Assembly (NCBI GenBank): GCA_051362555.1
Contig: CM120645.1
Span: 16,182,001 to 16,246,000 of the forward strand
Direction: 5' to 3'
DNA from: Lingula anatina
Lineage: Eukaryota > Animalia > Brachiopoda
DNA: 64,000 nt
How positions within the stretch are numbered: position 1 is the stretch's first letter; every line of letters begins with the position of its first letter. The notes under the pieces are model-generated. The model was not told where the DNA came from. It saw nothing but the letters and a program-made list of their open reading frames with translations, and ran no database searches. A program made the position numbers and the translations under genes. Shown piece by piece: positions 63,401-64,000 of this stretch.

Positions 63401-63717
63401 CTTCCGTCTGGCCAAAAGTTACAGGGAGGCTTTTGGAAATTTTGCCCTTAATATCTGCCACCCTGCTAGAAGATAATAATTTAACACATTTTCCCATTGT
63501 TAATATTTTATATTGTGAGGAAAGGTTAAACGTTTATTTTCATTTCCAGCTTGATTGGGCATCACTTATTACCCTTGAGGGTTTTACACCGCCGCCTCCT
63601 ATATGGTGCAAGAATTTAGAAAAACTGCTTTCCCCCACACCATCTGAAAGACCAACCGCAAGCAAAATGGAGAAATTCCTCGAAGAGGAAACCCGCAAAA
63701 GATTCCATTATAAGTAA
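44864..63717 (+). CDS. Gene C: dynamin-like GTPase-membrane hairpin-active protein kinase (DSTYK-like architecture), 1018 aa
   Basis: Ten GT-AG exons in frame: 44864-45055, 45306-45513, 47069-47358, 47706-47846, 49711-49956, 51548-51660, 51838-52986, 53197-53503, 62238-62480, 63550-63717 (3057 nt). G1 GETGAGKS, G2 SCT, G3 DSPG, G4 NKWD; kinase ASGTFGEV, AAAK, HRDLKPEN, DVG, YMAPE, DMYTVG, ERPT. Confidence 0.93.
45306..45513 (+). CDS. Gene C exon 2
   Basis: ttcag|gcc...gca g|gtatat; ends ILVAG. Confidence 0.88.
47069..47358 (+). CDS. Gene C exon 3: P-loop GETGAGKS
   Basis: ttcag|gt gag...cag|gtaaca. Confidence 0.92.
47706..47846 (+). CDS. Gene C exon 4: G3 MDSPGIG
   Basis: tacag|gga...agg|gtaata; not in the ORF track. 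Confidence 0.9.
48925..49390 (+). mobile_element. L2/Crack-type LINE 3' fragment
   Basis: HIIPILKELHWLPVKQRIDFK and FGDRAFIIYAPKVWNALP; (ATT)n tail. Confidence 0.75.
49711..49956 (+). CDS. Gene C exon 5: G4 FVLNKWD
   Basis: ttgtag|ctt...aag|gtgaga. Confidence 0.9.
51548..51660 (+). CDS. Gene C exon 6
   Basis: gccag|gct cat...tac ag|gtaaca; phase 0 to 2 fits both neighbours. Confidence 0.85.
51838..52986 (+). CDS. Gene C exon 7: stalk, hydrophobic hairpin, kinase N-lobe
   Basis: 382-aa ORF; VIIGVTSPVWIPIGLVASLFVIPVALGVAL; ASGTFGEVY; AAAK. Confidence 0.93.
53197..53503 (+). CDS. Gene C exon 8: kinase to HRDLKPENIL
   Basis: atacag|g aga...ttg|gtaagt. Confidence 0.93.
54035..54263. mobile_element. 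Probable MITE
   Basis: Inverted pair acaaacaatggaga / tctccattgtttgt near both ends. Confidence 0.5.
60452..60497. repeat. Long poly(T) run
   Basis: Direct reading. Confidence 0.9.
61975..62195. mobile_element. Probable MITE just upstream of gene C exon 9
   Basis: attccca.agatt..agatcgatc with inverse gatcgatctaatctctgggaat; internal ctgtcag / ctgacag. Confidence 0.6.
62238..62480 (+). CDS. Gene C exon 9: DVG, activation loop, APE
   Basis: atcag|gta aca; RLADVGLTK...CGTLVYMAPE...DMYTVGVMIWEMW; gag|gtgagt. Confidence 0.92.
63550..63717 (+). CDS. Gene C last exon: kinase C-terminus
   Basis: ttccag|ctt; PSERPTA (subdomain XI); TAA. Confidence 0.85.
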   Translation, partial: LDWASLITLEGFTPPPPIWCKNLEKLLSPTPSERPTASKMEKFLEEETRKRFHYK

Positions 63718-64000
63718 TTTCCAGAAGATTGTGGATGAAATAGTATATTATAAATTTTAATTTTTCGTGGTTATAGTTGGTTGTTGGCACTGTTTTTAAT
63801 GTGAAAAGTAGACATTGCTATGTCGTAGTAGTACCGTTACAGGAAACGACAGTTGTTCAGGGATCTGAAGGACGAAAGGACTGAGGTTAATGTTTTGGAG
63901 GGGAGAGGAGGAAGTTGAATGTATCGTCGACATAAAGATATTGTGCGTAGCGGGCGCGCGCATACACACACTGGCAACAGTAATTGTTTTGATTGATATA

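Noticed and set aside
44864-63717. Assigning the symbol DSTYK or MFN/fzo
   Set aside because: The architecture is reminiscent, but orthology cannot be shown by eye; motifs differ from DSTYK (DVG versus DLG) and mitofusins have no kinase domain
1986-63717. Bacterial origin or contamination suggested by the bacterial-dynamin-like GTPase
   Set aside because: Spliceosomal introns with conserved phases and metazoan transposons throughout show a resident eukaryotic locus

Overview
AT-rich, intron-containing, repeat-dense eukaryotic DNA, inferred to be from an invertebrate animal. The window holds a cluster of multi-exon genes with one architecture: a small N-terminal helical module, a dynamin-like/mitofusin-type (BDLP/Fzo-like) GTPase, a helical stalk with a hydrophobic membrane hairpin, and a C-terminal protein kinase fold. 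This is loosely DSTYK-like. Gene A (+, 1986-11029) lacks its 5' exons in this window. Gene B (-, 42351-34498, 8 coding exons, 1027 aa) is complete. A and B are close paralogues ending in a pseudokinase (HRD->CLD, DFG->NIS, APE->PYS). Gene C (+, 44864-63717, 10 coding exons, 1018 aa) ends in an apparently catalytically intact kinase (HRDLKPEN, DVG, APE) and sits head-to-head with gene B, probably on a shared bidirectional promoter. A decayed fragment of a gene C-type copy lies at about 23140-23723 (-). The rest is transposon-derived: an intact, very young BEL/Pao LTR retrotransposon (25723-32629, 498-bp LTRs, GAGTC TSD), a Rex1/Babar-type LINE, L2/RTE/CR1 fragments, a Helentron-like element carrying a 146-bp tandem array, and many MITEs. 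Main hypothesis (inference): a paired GTPase-kinase / GTPase-pseudokinase membrane-acting system, possibly an innate-immune sensor/effector pair. Exon boundaries and all counts were made by eye; no database searches were run.
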